64,000 nt of DNA from an uncultured Bdellovibrionales bacterium (GTDB lineage: Bacteria > Patescibacteriota > Minisyncoccia > Moranbacterales > UBA1568). The notes under the pieces were generated by a model, which searched no databases, was not told the DNA's origin, and was given only the letters and a program-made list of their open reading frames with translations. The stretch is from positions 4,520-68,519 of the forward strand of contig CAYUIR010000001.1 of the NCBI GenBank assembly GCA_964444815.1, given 5' to 3'. Shown here piece after piece: positions 38,308 to 48,450 of this stretch. Position 1 is the first letter of the stretch. Every line of letters starts with the position of its first letter. The translations under genes and the position numbers were made by a program.

Positions 38308-39107
38308 AAGTATGCTCGCTTACAACGTTTGATCCAATTCGGTGTCAGTATGACGATGAGTGGTTCGAGTATTGCCATATAATCAGTGAACGGTCGATTG
38401 TATGTCTTGAGATATTTCAATTGAGTCTTGATACACTGTCTCATTTGTGCGTTTTGCTTCGTTTGTGAGATACCTCCCTCGGCGTTACGGTAACAGAGTG
38501 TACTCTGTAAATTATACATTTTAGTATGCGGGAGCAGTCGAAGCCAGAGATCGTAGTCCTGACCGAATCTGACTTGCGTATCATAGCCACCAAGTTGTTG
38601 TACCAGCGCGGTATTAAATACGACACAGCTATGGGCAAAGGGGTTACGAATAAATATTCTTTTTCGTATCGCTGCATCATCCTCTGGACAGGTAATCTGT
38701 CGTTCACGGTGACGAGTCACGTTGGTGTAATTGCAACCGATGAGTCCGTATGAGGGATGCTCTTCCAAAAAGCTCCTCTGTTCAGCGAGTTTGGTAGCGT
38801 GCCACCAATCATCGGCATCGAGTCGAGCAGTATACTGAGTACTAATGCGTTTGAGGCCAGCATTGAGAGATCGAGTAAGACCGATATTTGTCTCGTTGTT
38901 GATGAGTAAAAAGCGATCATGACCGAAGTAAGATTGCCATTGATTGAGTCGGGCAGCGGTATCATCAGTAGAGCCGTCATTGACAGCGACAATACAGAAT
39001 TCTTGCCATGTTTGATCACGCAGACTTTCAAAAGTCCGGTCAAGGGTGTGTGCACTATTATACAGGGAAATAAGTACTGTGATACTCGCTTTAGATGGGA
39101 TCATCAT
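38304..39107 (-). CDS. Glycosyltransferase family 2
   Basis: NDGSTD, NIGLTRSLN, ARLDADD, NPFAHS, QDYDLWLR; ATG 39107. Confidence 0.9.
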   Translation of the reverse strand: MMIPSKASITVLISLYNSAHTLDRTFESLRDQTWQEFCIVAVNDGSTDDTAARLNQWQSYFGHDRFLLINNETNIGLTRSLNAGLKRISTQYTARLDADDWWHATKLAEQRSFLEEHPSYGLIGCNYTNVTRHRERQITCPEDDAAIRKRIFIRNPFAHSCVVFNTALVQQLGGYDTQVRFGQDYDLWLRLLPHTKMYNLQSTLCYRNAEGGISQTKQNAQMRQCIKTQLKYLKTYNRPFTDYMAILEPLIVILTPNWIKRCKRAYL

Positions 39108-40219
39108 GATTGGGTCGCCGTCAAGAAATATTGCTTCCATCGGTCTGCCGTCGCATGAAGTTCATAGCGTTCCTCTATGCTCCGTGCGGCCGACCTCCCC
39201 AATCGCTCTCTTGCTTCAGAATCATTGAGCAGCGTGTCGAGCGCCTGTGTCAGGCTGGTAGTATCACCTACTGGACAGAGGAGACCGGTCTCGTTGTGGG
39301 TGACCAGCTCGCGATTCTCAGGAATATTTGTAGTTACGACTGGAAGTCCGGAGGCCATGGCTTCCATAATGGCGTTACACATGCCTTCAAAAAATGTGGG
39401 CAAGACAAAAACATGTGCTAGCTTGAGGAGTTTCGGGACATCAGATCTTTTCCCGAGAAATACAATGGATGCGTGAGAGAGATAATGTTCTCGTTGTTGC
39501 TCAAGTGAGTTTCGCTCATCTCCATCCCCAACAAGAAGAAGCTTGATATTTTGATTTCTCTGGAACAGTTGTTCAAACGCTTCGAGGAGATATCTGTGAC
39601 CTTTGTTGATATGCAAGTTGGCGACACAGATAAACACAATGTCTGTTGGTTGGATGCCTACTTCCTGGCGAAGTTGAGCGTCTGGTATCAGTGATCGAAA
39701 CAGCGAAGTATCCATGCCGGTGGTGAGAACGGTGATCTTTTGCTCAGGCACGTGAAATTTTTGTACGTAGGTCTCTTTGACGATGTGAGCGTTGGCGATG
39801 TACCCTTGGCAGAAATATCGTGTGAATCGCTCAATGAGGCGAGCATACCAATAACGAGGGAAGTTGTACGTGGTGGCAAGCGAAGAAACGACTTGGCAAG
39901 GGACAAAAGGTTGGACTATGAATCGTCCGACGAGATCTGCCACCAAGAGGTGAGAGACAATCAGGTCCGGCGCCAGTTTGTTGAGAAGTTCAATGAGTTT
40001 GATATAGGAATGAATATCAAGGAGGTGGGCCTGATGGAGGGAAAAAACGCGCAGACCACGCTCTTCAAATTGTGGGGAAAGCGAGCCACTCTGTCTGAGT
40101 GTCACAAACACGTGCTCAATATCTTTGCCAAGAAGAGGGAGCATACGGAGTTGTGACATTTCTGAACCGCCCCTTTCCAGCGTTGGAATGAGGTGTACAA
40201 CCTTGTGTCTAATGCTCAT
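39104..40219 (-). CDS. Glycosyltransferase family 4
   Basis: GGSE, NKGH, FLGKRSDV, EGMCNAIMEAMASGLP. Confidence 0.92.
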   Translation of the reverse strand: MSIRHKVVHLIPTLERGGSEMSQLRMLPLLGKDIEHVFVTLRQSGSLSPQFEERGLRVFSLHQAHLLDIHSYIKLIELLNKLAPDLIVSHLLVADLVGRFIVQPFVPCQVVSSLATTYNFPRYWYARLIERFTRYFCQGYIANAHIVKETYVQKFHVPEQKITVLTTGMDTSLFRSLIPDAQLRQEVGIQPTDIVFICVANLHINKGHRYLLEAFEQLFQRNQNIKLLLVGDGDERNSLEQQREHYLSHASIVFLGKRSDVPKLLKLAHVFVLPTFFEGMCNAIMEAMASGLPVVTTNIPENRELVTHNETGLLCPVGDTTSLTQALDTLLNDSEARERLGRSAARSIEERYELHATADRWKQYFLTATQS

Positions 40220-41303
40220 AAGTACCTATGCAAGTTATGCCCGCTTCTGGGTGTTCGTATGCGTCGATACTATGGAGTTTGGCCGCATGAAACCATTGAC
40301 CAATTTCTTCCACAGTGTAGTAGTTGCTTTTTGGTGTGGCGAGGACGTCAAATGCATCGTTTAACTTCATATTGAAGGGGAAATTGGCATAATACGCGAA
40401 AGGAAGCTTTCTGGCATATTGCCCGAGTCCTAACGTTTCAAGGAATTTCCCAAAAAGGTTGATGGAATGGACTATGCCGCCAGGAATGTAGCACAGTTTG
40501 AAGAGTAGGGGCTTGGAGAGGTGACGAAGGACAGAACGTAGCGGCTCATAGAAATAAAGTGCTCGGGCGTTGTTGCGACGGTTGTAGACCCAGATAAGCA
40601 TCTGGCCTCCTCGCTTCAAGACTTTGGGTAGCGCAGTAAAACCATTTTGTGGCTCAGGGAGATGATGGAGGACACCGATGGAATAGGCGATATCAAAAAT
40701 ATTTTGAAATGGCATGGCATAGATATCTGCCTGAACGATACATACATTGGGAAGGGTATAGGTCATTTGATACGCGACCTCGACACTTTCTCCGAGATCG
40801 GAACCGAAAGATACTTTGGTTCCAGAGAGAGCAGCCCATTTGGTGAATCGACCAGACCCGCAGCCGATATCAAGTGTCGTTTGACCGGCGAGACTTTCTT
40901 CTTTGAGAAATGGCGCAAGAAAATGAAAAAAGTTGTTTTTTTCATAAGTGTTCTCCTTGTAGATGTATTTCCATTCGTATGCGAAGCTTTCGGCAGTTTT
41001 CTTCTGATGTTTGAGGAAGGCATCGAGATCAGAAATGGCGTCGATAGCTTGCTGCCATTCACTCCGAACATGTTCAGGCATCTCTCCTTTGTACTTTTCG
41101 AAAAAAGCGTAGCGAGATTGTAGTGCTTGTACCTTGAGTTCTCCCAAAAGAATGCGAGGAATGCTGTTCACGATGGGGTACCAGTTTGTACCGCTTATGA
41201 GCAGGCCCGATATGACATGTCCGTCGGCTTCCTTGAATTTGAGAATTTGAAATGGGGTGGCGGTCGTTGGGTCTGAGAGGTACGGGAGATGTGCTTCACG
41301 CAT
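40209..41303 (-). CDS. SAM methyltransferase with N-terminal Trm112-like domain
   Basis: LSDP..SGLL..YPIVNSIPRIL; TAESFAYEW; LDIGCGSGRF; SIGVLHH. Confidence 0.85.
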   Translation of the reverse strand: MREAHLPYLSDPTTATPFQILKFKEADGHVISGLLISGTNWYPIVNSIPRILLGELKVQALQSRYAFFEKYKGEMPEHVRSEWQQAIDAISDLDAFLKHQKKTAESFAYEWKYIYKENTYEKNNFFHFLAPFLKEESLAGQTTLDIGCGSGRFTKWAALSGTKVSFGSDLGESVEVAYQMTYTLPNVCIVQADIYAMPFQNIFDIAYSIGVLHHLPEPQNGFTALPKVLKRGGQMLIWVYNRRNNARALYFYEPLRSVLRHLSKPLLFKLCYIPGGIVHSINLFGKFLETLGLGQYARKLPFAYYANFPFNMKLNDAFDVLATPKSNYYTVEEIGQWFHAAKLHSIDAYEHPEAGITCIGTYEH

Positions 41304-41357
41304 AGCTTTGTCTTACGGCTTATCGGAGATTAACAGTTGCTTATCTCAGCCATTTTA

Positions 41358-43250
41358 TCATTCTTTGAAGAATTCTTCAAACCAGAGTTCGAGGGTGAGG
41401 AGTGCCCAGATATGAGGAGAAAAGTTGATGTCCGTGGAGGTGTGAGAGTGGAGAATATCCTCTATAGCATCACGTTTGAAAAGGTTCCGCTTCACGAGTT
41501 GGCCATCCAAGAGTTTCCCCGCGGCATAGTCTTTGAGTTCACCCCGAAACCAAGCGTCAATAGGGACGCCAAACCCCATCTTGGGTCGGAACATGACTTC
41601 ATCAGGGAGGATGCCACGGAGAGCCTCCTTCAGGATGTACTTCTTGTTATTCAGACCTTTGAGCTTGAGAGAGAAAGGGATTTGAGCCGAAAGTTCGAGG
41701 AGTTCATGGTCGAGAAATGGAGAGCGTCCTTCGAGAGCTACTGACATAGTAGCAATATCGACTTTTGTCAAAAGATCTTCGGGGAGATAGGTAGCAAAAT
41801 CAGCGTACACCGCTTGTTCTGTTCGATTGTTTGATCCTGATTCCAGGAAGCGAGAGGCGATGATGTCGTAGGTATCATGACCCGCTATTTTTTTCTTGAA
41901 CGTATCGGTATAGAGATTGTCTTTCTGCTCATTGGTGAAATAGGCTGTGTAGGAGAGATAGCGACGTCGATAGTCGTCCGAGAGACTCTGTGAAAACCGG
42001 TAGAGACGATCAAAAAAAGTATTTTTGACATATCGAGCCAAGAGTCGGGTGGCTGGTATGCCTACGAGGTGGTTGAGCCAGTCGAAGTGATCGAGTACTG
42101 TAGAAACCTGAAAGGCTGAATAGCGGGTGTAGCCAGCGAAGTTCTCGTCACCACCATCACCATTGAGAGCCACAGTCACATGATCTCTTGTGAGCTTGGA
42201 GACATAGTACGTGGGGAGGGCACTTGAGTCAGCAAAGGGCTCTTCATACTGACGAACAAGCATGGGGAGGAGCTCGACAGCATCGGGTTTGACGATGAAT
42301 TCAGTGTGATTGGTTTTGAATTTTTCTGCGATGATTTTGGCGTACTTGAGCTCATTGTATTTCTCTTCCTCGAAGCCAATAGAGAAGGTTTTAATAGGGG
42401 ATTTCGAATGTTTGGCCATCAAAGCCACGATGGCGCTCGAATCAATACCTCCGGAAAGAAACGCACCGATTGGAACATCGGAAATCATGCGGAGTCTGAC
42501 AGATTCGTCGAGTTTTTCGAGAATACGTTTCTTCCACTCTGATTCAGAAAGGCGGACCTTTTTTGAATAATCGAGTTTCCAGTAGCGTTCCTTTTTGACG
42601 GACTTGGTCTTGAGGTCGATAGTGAGAGAGTGGGCAGGCTCGAGTTTCTTGATACCTACGAACCCGGTGAGGGGCGCTGGAACGTACTGGAGGGTCAAAT
42701 AATGATGAATAGCGAGGTAATCAGGCTCTTTGTGGTATTCCGGCTGAGTCAGGATGGCCTTGAGCTCTGAGGCGAATAGAAAGACGTTGTCGTCGTGGTA
42801 GTACTTGAAAGGCTTTTTCCCGACACGGTCACGGGCACAGAAAAGTATTTGCTCTTGTTCGTCATAGATGGCAAAGGCAAACATGCCACGGAGATGATCG
42901 AGGCAATGTTCTCGGTATTTGTCGTAGAGTGCCAGGATGACCTCGGTATCGGAGTGTGAAGCAAATGTATAGCCATCCTGCTCGAGCATGGTTCGTTTCT
43001 CCTCAAAATTGTAGATTTCACCGTTGAATACAATCTCGTACCGGTCCAAATAACGCATAGGCTGATGACCGAGAGGGGAGAGGTCGATGATAGAGAGGCG
43101 CCGGTGACCCAGGCCAACTTTACTATCAGGCGAGATATAGACTCCGTCGTCATCGGGACCACGGTGCTTGATAGCATCATTCATCATCTCAATTTCTTGA
43201 GGTGAGACATTGTGATCTTTATAGGAAATTTTTCCAGCGATACCGCACAT
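41358..43250 (-). CDS. asnB: Asparagine synthase (glutamine-hydrolysing) family amidotransferase
   Basis: MCGIAG, HRGPD, GHRRLSIIDL, NGEIYN, FLSGGIDSS, GDGGDENFAGY, RSPFLD, KMGF. Confidence 0.94.
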   Translation of the reverse strand: MCGIAGKISYKDHNVSPQEIEMMNDAIKHRGPDDDGVYISPDSKVGLGHRRLSIIDLSPLGHQPMRYLDRYEIVFNGEIYNFEEKRTMLEQDGYTFASHSDTEVILALYDKYREHCLDHLRGMFAFAIYDEQEQILFCARDRVGKKPFKYYHDDNVFLFASELKAILTQPEYHKEPDYLAIHHYLTLQYVPAPLTGFVGIKKLEPAHSLTIDLKTKSVKKERYWKLDYSKKVRLSESEWKKRILEKLDESVRLRMISDVPIGAFLSGGIDSSAIVALMAKHSKSPIKTFSIGFEEEKYNELKYAKIIAEKFKTNHTEFIVKPDAVELLPMLVRQYEEPFADSSALPTYYVSKLTRDHVTVALNGDGGDENFAGYTRYSAFQVSTVLDHFDWLNHLVGIPATRLLARYVKNTFFDRLYRFSQSLSDDYRRRYLSYTAYFTNEQKDNLYTDTFKKKIAGHDTYDIIASRFLESGSNNRTEQAVYADFATYLPEDLLTKVDIATMSVALEGRSPFLDHELLELSAQIPFSLKLKGLNNKKYILKEALRGILPDEVMFRPKMGFGVPIDAWFRGELKDYAAGKLLDGQLVKRNLFKRDAIEDILHSHTSTDINFSPHIWALLTLELWFEEFFKE

Positions 43251-43259
43251 AGATTGCAA

Positions 43260-44423
43260 TTAAGTTTTTTTGTCAGACACCATGCGCTGAAATATTTCTA
43301 TATACCTGATTGCAGATATGTCCCAGTTGAATTTGTTTCGGACCTCTTCATACGCATTCTGCGAAAATGTGTTTCGGAGTTCCGGATTTTCGACAAGAAG
43401 AGTGATTTTCTCGGCAATCAAACTGGATTGACCTGGCGGGATAAGAAATCCATCATGAGTACCTGAGATGACCTCTGGTGTGCCACCTACTTCCGTGGCG
43501 ATAATCGCTTTGCGACATAGAGCTGCTTCCGTAACAGAAGTAGGGAGGCCCTCAGTGTAGCTCGGATTGACGACAATATCTGAAGTTTTCAATGTGCTTA
43601 TGGCTTCTTCATATGCCAGATTGCCAAAGAAAACAACCTGGTCGTTCAATTGGTGCATGCTAACCATTTCCTTGAGTCGAGCTTCATCTGGACCGCTGCC
43701 GATAATATAGGTGAGGATATCGGTTCGTCTAAGGAGCGCTAGAGCTGAGATGAGATCATGTGCTCCTTTGCCGTCAATCAGGCGTCCGATAAAGGCGATG
43801 ATTGTTTTCCCCTGATATCGATGGACAAGTTCTTGACGCGGCGCGAAACTTTCGATGAGTTCGCTGTTTGCTCCGCGATAGATAACTGCTACATCGGACC
43901 TCCCTGAGAGGTATGATACAAACTGGGCAGAGGCTTTTGAATTGGCTACGATGGTATCGGCATATTTCAAAACTAGACGTCCGATGAGCCAATCATAGAG
44001 TTTGCCAATCGCTGTTTTAACTCGACTGTGAAAGTGAGCAAAATCTGAACCGTGTTCTATATGGAGGAGTGGAGTAGTACGAGTTTTGGCGTACCAGAGA
44101 GCCATCAGTGATGGAAAGAAAAAGCGAGTTCGTGAGATGACGACATCATAGTTATCAGAACAAAGCGTCGCCCATAATTGCCAAAATCGTATGCTCCAAA
44201 ATGCTGGGAAAGGGTAGTTGTGAAATAGTTCACAAGCAGGAAAACGAATGATGCGAACATTCTGAAAGCGAACTTCAGAAGCTGAAGCATGACTCGGTAG
44301 TTGAGGCGTGAATACCGTAATCTGAACACCACGAGCTGATACGTGCTTGTTGAATTCATCGCTATGACTTTCGAGTCCGCCAACGTGTGGTGGATAAAAG
44401 GGTGAGAAAACAAGTATGTGCAT
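43260..44423 (-). CDS. Glycosyltransferase family 4
   Basis: PPHVGGLE, GRLIDGKG, PSYTEGLPTSVTEAA; ATG 44423. Confidence 0.9.
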   Translation of the reverse strand: MHILVFSPFYPPHVGGLESHSDEFNKHVSARGVQITVFTPQLPSHASASEVRFQNVRIIRFPACELFHNYPFPAFWSIRFWQLWATLCSDNYDVVISRTRFFFPSLMALWYAKTRTTPLLHIEHGSDFAHFHSRVKTAIGKLYDWLIGRLVLKYADTIVANSKASAQFVSYLSGRSDVAVIYRGANSELIESFAPRQELVHRYQGKTIIAFIGRLIDGKGAHDLISALALLRRTDILTYIIGSGPDEARLKEMVSMHQLNDQVVFFGNLAYEEAISTLKTSDIVVNPSYTEGLPTSVTEAALCRKAIIATEVGGTPEVISGTHDGFLIPPGQSSLIAEKITLLVENPELRNTFSQNAYEEVRNKFNWDISAIRYIEIFQRMVSDKKT

Positions 44424-44427
44424 ATCG

Positions 44428-46533
44428 CTATTGTAGCACTTTCCAGAGAACGATTTCATCTCCTGGAGCGGAGTAGACTCGTCTGAACTTATCGGGAAGT
44501 TGGTCAAATATGAGTATGTCGAAACTCTGGCTAGCCTTAGAATATGGACGATTTACATAAGGATTGAGGGGGTTTTCTTTTGAAAAGTACACGTACACGT
44601 TCTCGATTTCGCACGGTACCTCCTTCGGCGCTTTGCTGTCATCAAGAATGCTTTTCACGACTGTAACTTCTTGGGATATCTTGTCGAGCTCTCGGATAGC
44701 CGATGGTAGGTCGGATACCAGGTACCCCCCAAGCAGACTTACGGACTCTTGGATCTGTAGCCACTGCTCATGTGTATGGCTAGTCGTTGTGCTGCACTGC
44801 TCTTGGACTGTGGTTAATATCGTACGGTCGAGGACCGTGAGGTCAGTATACAGCGCACTGTTTTGTACATCGACAATATGTTTGTTCGTAAACGTGCGCA
44901 GTATACTCCAGTCCCTGCTCGTGAGGATGGTACTCTCATTTGATAGTTCAGATTCGATCCATTTGGCTGATGGGAGCGCATACGCCGGTACCAGGTGTTT
45001 CTTAAGTGAGTTGACATATGTTGCAGCAATGATGTTGATGCCAATAGTCAGGCAGAAGATGACCGAAATCACGCGTAATTGCCCCAGTGTGAGATATGGC
45101 ATCATAACTGGCACAAGAAGTAGTAGAATCACGCCAGCAAACCCCCAGGCACGTTCAGGCAGAAAGGCTATACTCAGAAGTCGAGGTAACACTTCAGCCA
45201 AGGTAAAAAAGAAAACAAAGAGAAGCGCTAAAATGAGCGGGGTGTCAGTAGGTCGGATAGACCTCAAACGATGGCGGTTCTTCCAAACGAGGTACAACAG
45301 AAGGACACAAGCAGCAGCAACTGCTGGGCCAACGTAGTATGTGTAGTATTTGAGTAAACCAATACCGTTTCCCCACCCGACAGACCGACCATCGATGTTT
45401 ACGTATGTGAGTGGAAATGACCAGTTGCTATGCCAGTTGCTCATGGAGTGAAGAATCCTGACCCCCCAATTTTTGAAAAACAGGAGCATGGGAAGGAATT
45501 TTTCACCGTGAGAAATGAAGAGTATGGCGAGTAACAAACTCGTAGTTTTGTGGTCGAGTATCCAGTTTTTGAGACCATTGCGATAGAGCCATAGTGTTCC
45601 GATGAGCCATGGTGCGAATAAGAGTACAGACATCTCGTGATAAAAGTAGGCGAGTATGAGTATGAGCCCACCAATCAGATGAAAATATGTTTGTTTGGTG
45701 AGCCAAGAATAAACCGTAAATTGAAGTGAAAAAATTAGACAAATACTAAATATTGCCTGTGGAATTGGAAGGGTATAGTACAGAATGGTCGATGCACTTG
45801 AGAGCGGGAGGAGGAGCAACATGAGCTGGACGCGAGGATGACGGTACTGTGTGGCTATGAGTAGACTCGGGAGCAATATCAAAAGAAACATCCCTGGGAT
45901 GACAAACTTGAAGAAGGTAAAAATATTCGGCGCAATACTGATAGTAAAGATATAGGTGAACGAAGAGAGTAGGGGGCGGTACGAACCAAGTGTGGCAAGC
46001 TGATTCGCATCGAGTTCGTCTCGAATTTTGAGGAGCCAGTAATAAGGATCGCTATCAGGAAGTGTAGGGTAACTTGATACGATGATGATATAGGTGGTGA
46101 AATAACAGAATATAGCGCCTACGAGCGGCCAAGTGGCATTTGCGCGAAAAAGAGACGTTGTAGAAAGAGATTGACCTAAAAATTGTGGGTTGACTGTTAT
46201 AGCCACTAGGAATGTGATCAACGTGTTGAGAACAATGATTTCCCGGGATACGATTCCCAATAGAGAGTATTCAATCGTAACCAGAAGCGGTTGCAAGAGA
46301 AGGGCAAAGACGGCCACGAGAGAGATTTTCTCGAGGGGATCCCACGTTTTACGAAGCATTTTTTCTACAATCGAGAGAACGTTGAAACTTATGAGTGGGA
46401 GCGCAATCACAAAAACAACACCTCTCATGAGAGGGTTCAGGGCGTTAAAGGACAGCGCCTCGAGTATGAGCAAAATACCGTAAAGCAAAAAACTCGAAAC
46501 GTTTATCCAAAACAGATTGCCAAAAGTGTTCAT
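44428..46533 (-). CDS. Multi-TM GT-C-like membrane protein
   Basis: DSDPYYW loop motif (OST/GT-C-like), >14 TM, soluble C-terminus. Confidence 0.72.
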   Translation of the reverse strand: MNTFGNLFWINVSSFLLYGILLILEALSFNALNPLMRGVVFVIALPLISFNVLSIVEKMLRKTWDPLEKISLVAVFALLLQPLLVTIEYSLLGIVSREIIVLNTLITFLVAITVNPQFLGQSLSTTSLFRANATWPLVGAIFCYFTTYIIIVSSYPTLPDSDPYYWLLKIRDELDANQLATLGSYRPLLSSFTYIFTISIAPNIFTFFKFVIPGMFLLILLPSLLIATQYRHPRVQLMLLLLPLSSASTILYYTLPIPQAIFSICLIFSLQFTVYSWLTKQTYFHLIGGLILILAYFYHEMSVLLFAPWLIGTLWLYRNGLKNWILDHKTTSLLLAILFISHGEKFLPMLLFFKNWGVRILHSMSNWHSNWSFPLTYVNIDGRSVGWGNGIGLLKYYTYYVGPAVAAACVLLLYLVWKNRHRLRSIRPTDTPLILALLFVFFFTLAEVLPRLLSIAFLPERAWGFAGVILLLLVPVMMPYLTLGQLRVISVIFCLTIGINIIAATYVNSLKKHLVPAYALPSAKWIESELSNESTILTSRDWSILRTFTNKHIVDVQNSALYTDLTVLDRTILTTVQEQCSTTTSHTHEQWLQIQESVSLLGGYLVSDLPSAIRELDKISQEVTVVKSILDDSKAPKEVPCEIENVYVYFSKENPLNPYVNRPYSKASQSFDILIFDQLPDKFRRVYSAPGDEIVLWKVLQ

Positions 46534-46904
46534 TATTTGGTGTTCTTGATTGAATCGATGTTCGCACGTTCGAGGGTCTTTTGTCGGGTCAAAATAGTCA
46601 TTTGTTGCTCGAGGCGCTCAATGGCAGCCAGAAGTTTAAAAATCATGAGAAACACAAGAATAAATCCGGTGAGTATGACAGCGTTAATATTTCCCTCTAT
46701 GCCAATGATGTCGGCAAGGACGTTACTAAAATCTGGAAAGAGTACAATTGTTGCCATTCCGCCCCATACAATAACCCTTACCCCTAGCTTGAGAATAGTC
46801 TGGTGGTTTTTTCCTTTCATGAAATCGCTGATACCTTGAAAGAGCATGAACCCAGCAAGGATTAGTATAATGACTTGGTAGAGCTGTAAGTGACTCAGAT
46901 TCAT
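46533..46904 (-). CDS. DUF2304-family small membrane protein
   Basis: 3 TM, LADIIGI, ERLEQQMTILTRQ; follows a DPM-like GT2. Confidence 0.8.
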   Translation of the reverse strand: MNLSHLQLYQVIILILAGFMLFQGISDFMKGKNHQTILKLGVRVIVWGGMATIVLFPDFSNVLADIIGIEGNINAVILTGFILVFLMIFKLLAAIERLEQQMTILTRQKTLERANIDSIKNTK

Positions 46905-46914
46905 ATGCGTGCGA

Positions 46915-47586
46915 TTAAGAAATGAGGTTGAATATTATTTTGTAGATTGTTTTTAGGCCATTCACAAATCCTTGCTTCTGTACTTTTCCCATGGAGTACT
47001 CAGTGTAGCGCACTTCGATAGGAACTTCTTTGTATTTTAATTTATAAAGGTATATTTCTCGAATGACTTCGCTATCGTATTCATACCGGTCTGTTTTGGT
47101 ATTGATGAGTTCAGAAGCATGTCGAGAGTAGGCGCGAAATCCGGACTGACTATCAGAAACGTAGAGTCCGTAGAAGTACCAAGTGAGTGCGTTGCCGATA
47201 TGATTGGCGATTATTTTGTACCAGGGCATACCCTTGGGATTCTTCAGGCGCGTTCCGAGGACTACATCACAGTGATTCTTCCTAATTGGTTCGATGAGGC
47301 GGGCGATATCGCTTGGATTGTGCTGACCGTCGCTATCCATGGTGACTATGATACCTGCTCCAAGCAGTTTGGCGGCTTCAATGCCGGTTTTAGTGGCGGC
47401 GCCTTTGCCCCGGTTGATAGGATGACGGAGCGATATAACTCCATCCATCGTCTGTACTTTTTCGTAGGTATCATCACTACTACCGTCATCAACAACAATG
47501 ATATTTCGATATCCAACAGCTTGAATTTCCCGGAGGACATCTTGGATAATTTTGGCTTCATTGTAGGCTGGCAGAACGATCCACAT
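46915..47586 (-). CDS. GT2, polyprenol-phosphate glycosyltransferase
   Basis: PAYNE, DDGSSD, NRGKGAA, TMDSDGQH, DSQSGFRA. Confidence 0.92.
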   Translation of the reverse strand: MWIVLPAYNEAKIIQDVLREIQAVGYRNIIVVDDGSSDDTYEKVQTMDGVISLRHPINRGKGAATKTGIEAAKLLGAGIIVTMDSDGQHNPSDIARLIEPIRKNHCDVVLGTRLKNPKGMPWYKIIANHIGNALTWYFYGLYVSDSQSGFRAYSRHASELINTKTDRYEYDSEVIREIYLYKLKYKEVPIEVRYTEYSMGKVQKQGFVNGLKTIYKIIFNLIS

Positions 47587-47589
47587 AGG

Positions 47590-48339
47590 CTAGTCTTTGG
47601 GAAATTGATACTCACCAGTCCAGTCATACCATTTGATCTTGAGAAGAGAGCCGAGCATATCTATCGAATCACCCAGCATACGAACATTGCTGTTTCGGAT
47701 ATCCTTTCGAATTCTGACCGGTAGGACAGCTACCGTCGCTTCAATTTTTTTGGCGAGAAAAAGCAATTCTGCGTCAAAGGCAAAGCGTTTAATGCGTGAC
47801 TGAGCAAAAAGCTTACAACCGACATCACGTCGGAAGAGCTTGAATCCACATTGTGTGTCGGAGTATTCAAAGTTACCTAAGAGGAGCATTTGTAACACAT
47901 AAAATCCACGAGCGAGAAGAGTACGATACCACGGCGATGCCTCTTCGAAGCGAGCACCTGGCACCAAGCGTGACGCTATAGCGATGTCACTGATTTTGAT
48001 GGCAGACATGAAGTAATCCAGTTCTTCGATTGGAATCGTCAGGTCAGCATCTATGTAAAGTATTGGATCGTAGCGAGAGGCGAGTACGCCCTCTTTGACA
48101 GCGGCTCCCTTGCCTTGATTATGTTTGAAAGAGATTAACTTGAGAGGCATCGTCGGATTACTCCTACCTAATGCATGAACCTTGGTAGGTGTGTCATCCG
48201 GACTCCCATCTGTGACGATAATGATCTCAAATCGTTCGAAATGATCTGTGAGGTAGGAAGCGACCGAATGGATGCTATCTTCGATGACCGCAGATTCTCT
48301 GTAGCAGGGGATAATGACGGATATTTCGGGGTATTTCAT
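47590..48339 (-). CDS. GT2, dolichyl-phosphate beta-glucosyltransferase-like
   Basis: DGSPD, NQGKGAAV, IDADL, DTQCGFKLF, FAFDAELL. Confidence 0.9.
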   Translation of the reverse strand: MKYPEISVIIPCYRESAVIEDSIHSVASYLTDHFERFEIIIVTDGSPDDTPTKVHALGRSNPTMPLKLISFKHNQGKGAAVKEGVLASRYDPILYIDADLTIPIEELDYFMSAIKISDIAIASRLVPGARFEEASPWYRTLLARGFYVLQMLLLGNFEYSDTQCGFKLFRRDVGCKLFAQSRIKRFAFDAELLFLAKKIEATVAVLPVRIRKDIRNSNVRMLGDSIDMLGSLLKIKWYDWTGEYQFPKD

Positions 48340-48450
48340 AAGGAGAAAATCGGTGTTTCAGACGTGTTACAATAAGTATAACAGCAATTTTTAACCTCAC
48401 AAAGTCTAATTTTATCGTTATTTGGCAGATAATGGACTTTTTGATACTAT

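Noticed and set aside
44564-45337. 257-aa plus-strand ORF (also 33462-34298, 61619-62881 and similar)
   Set aside because: Fully overlap well-supported genes, with no motifs or expression signals.
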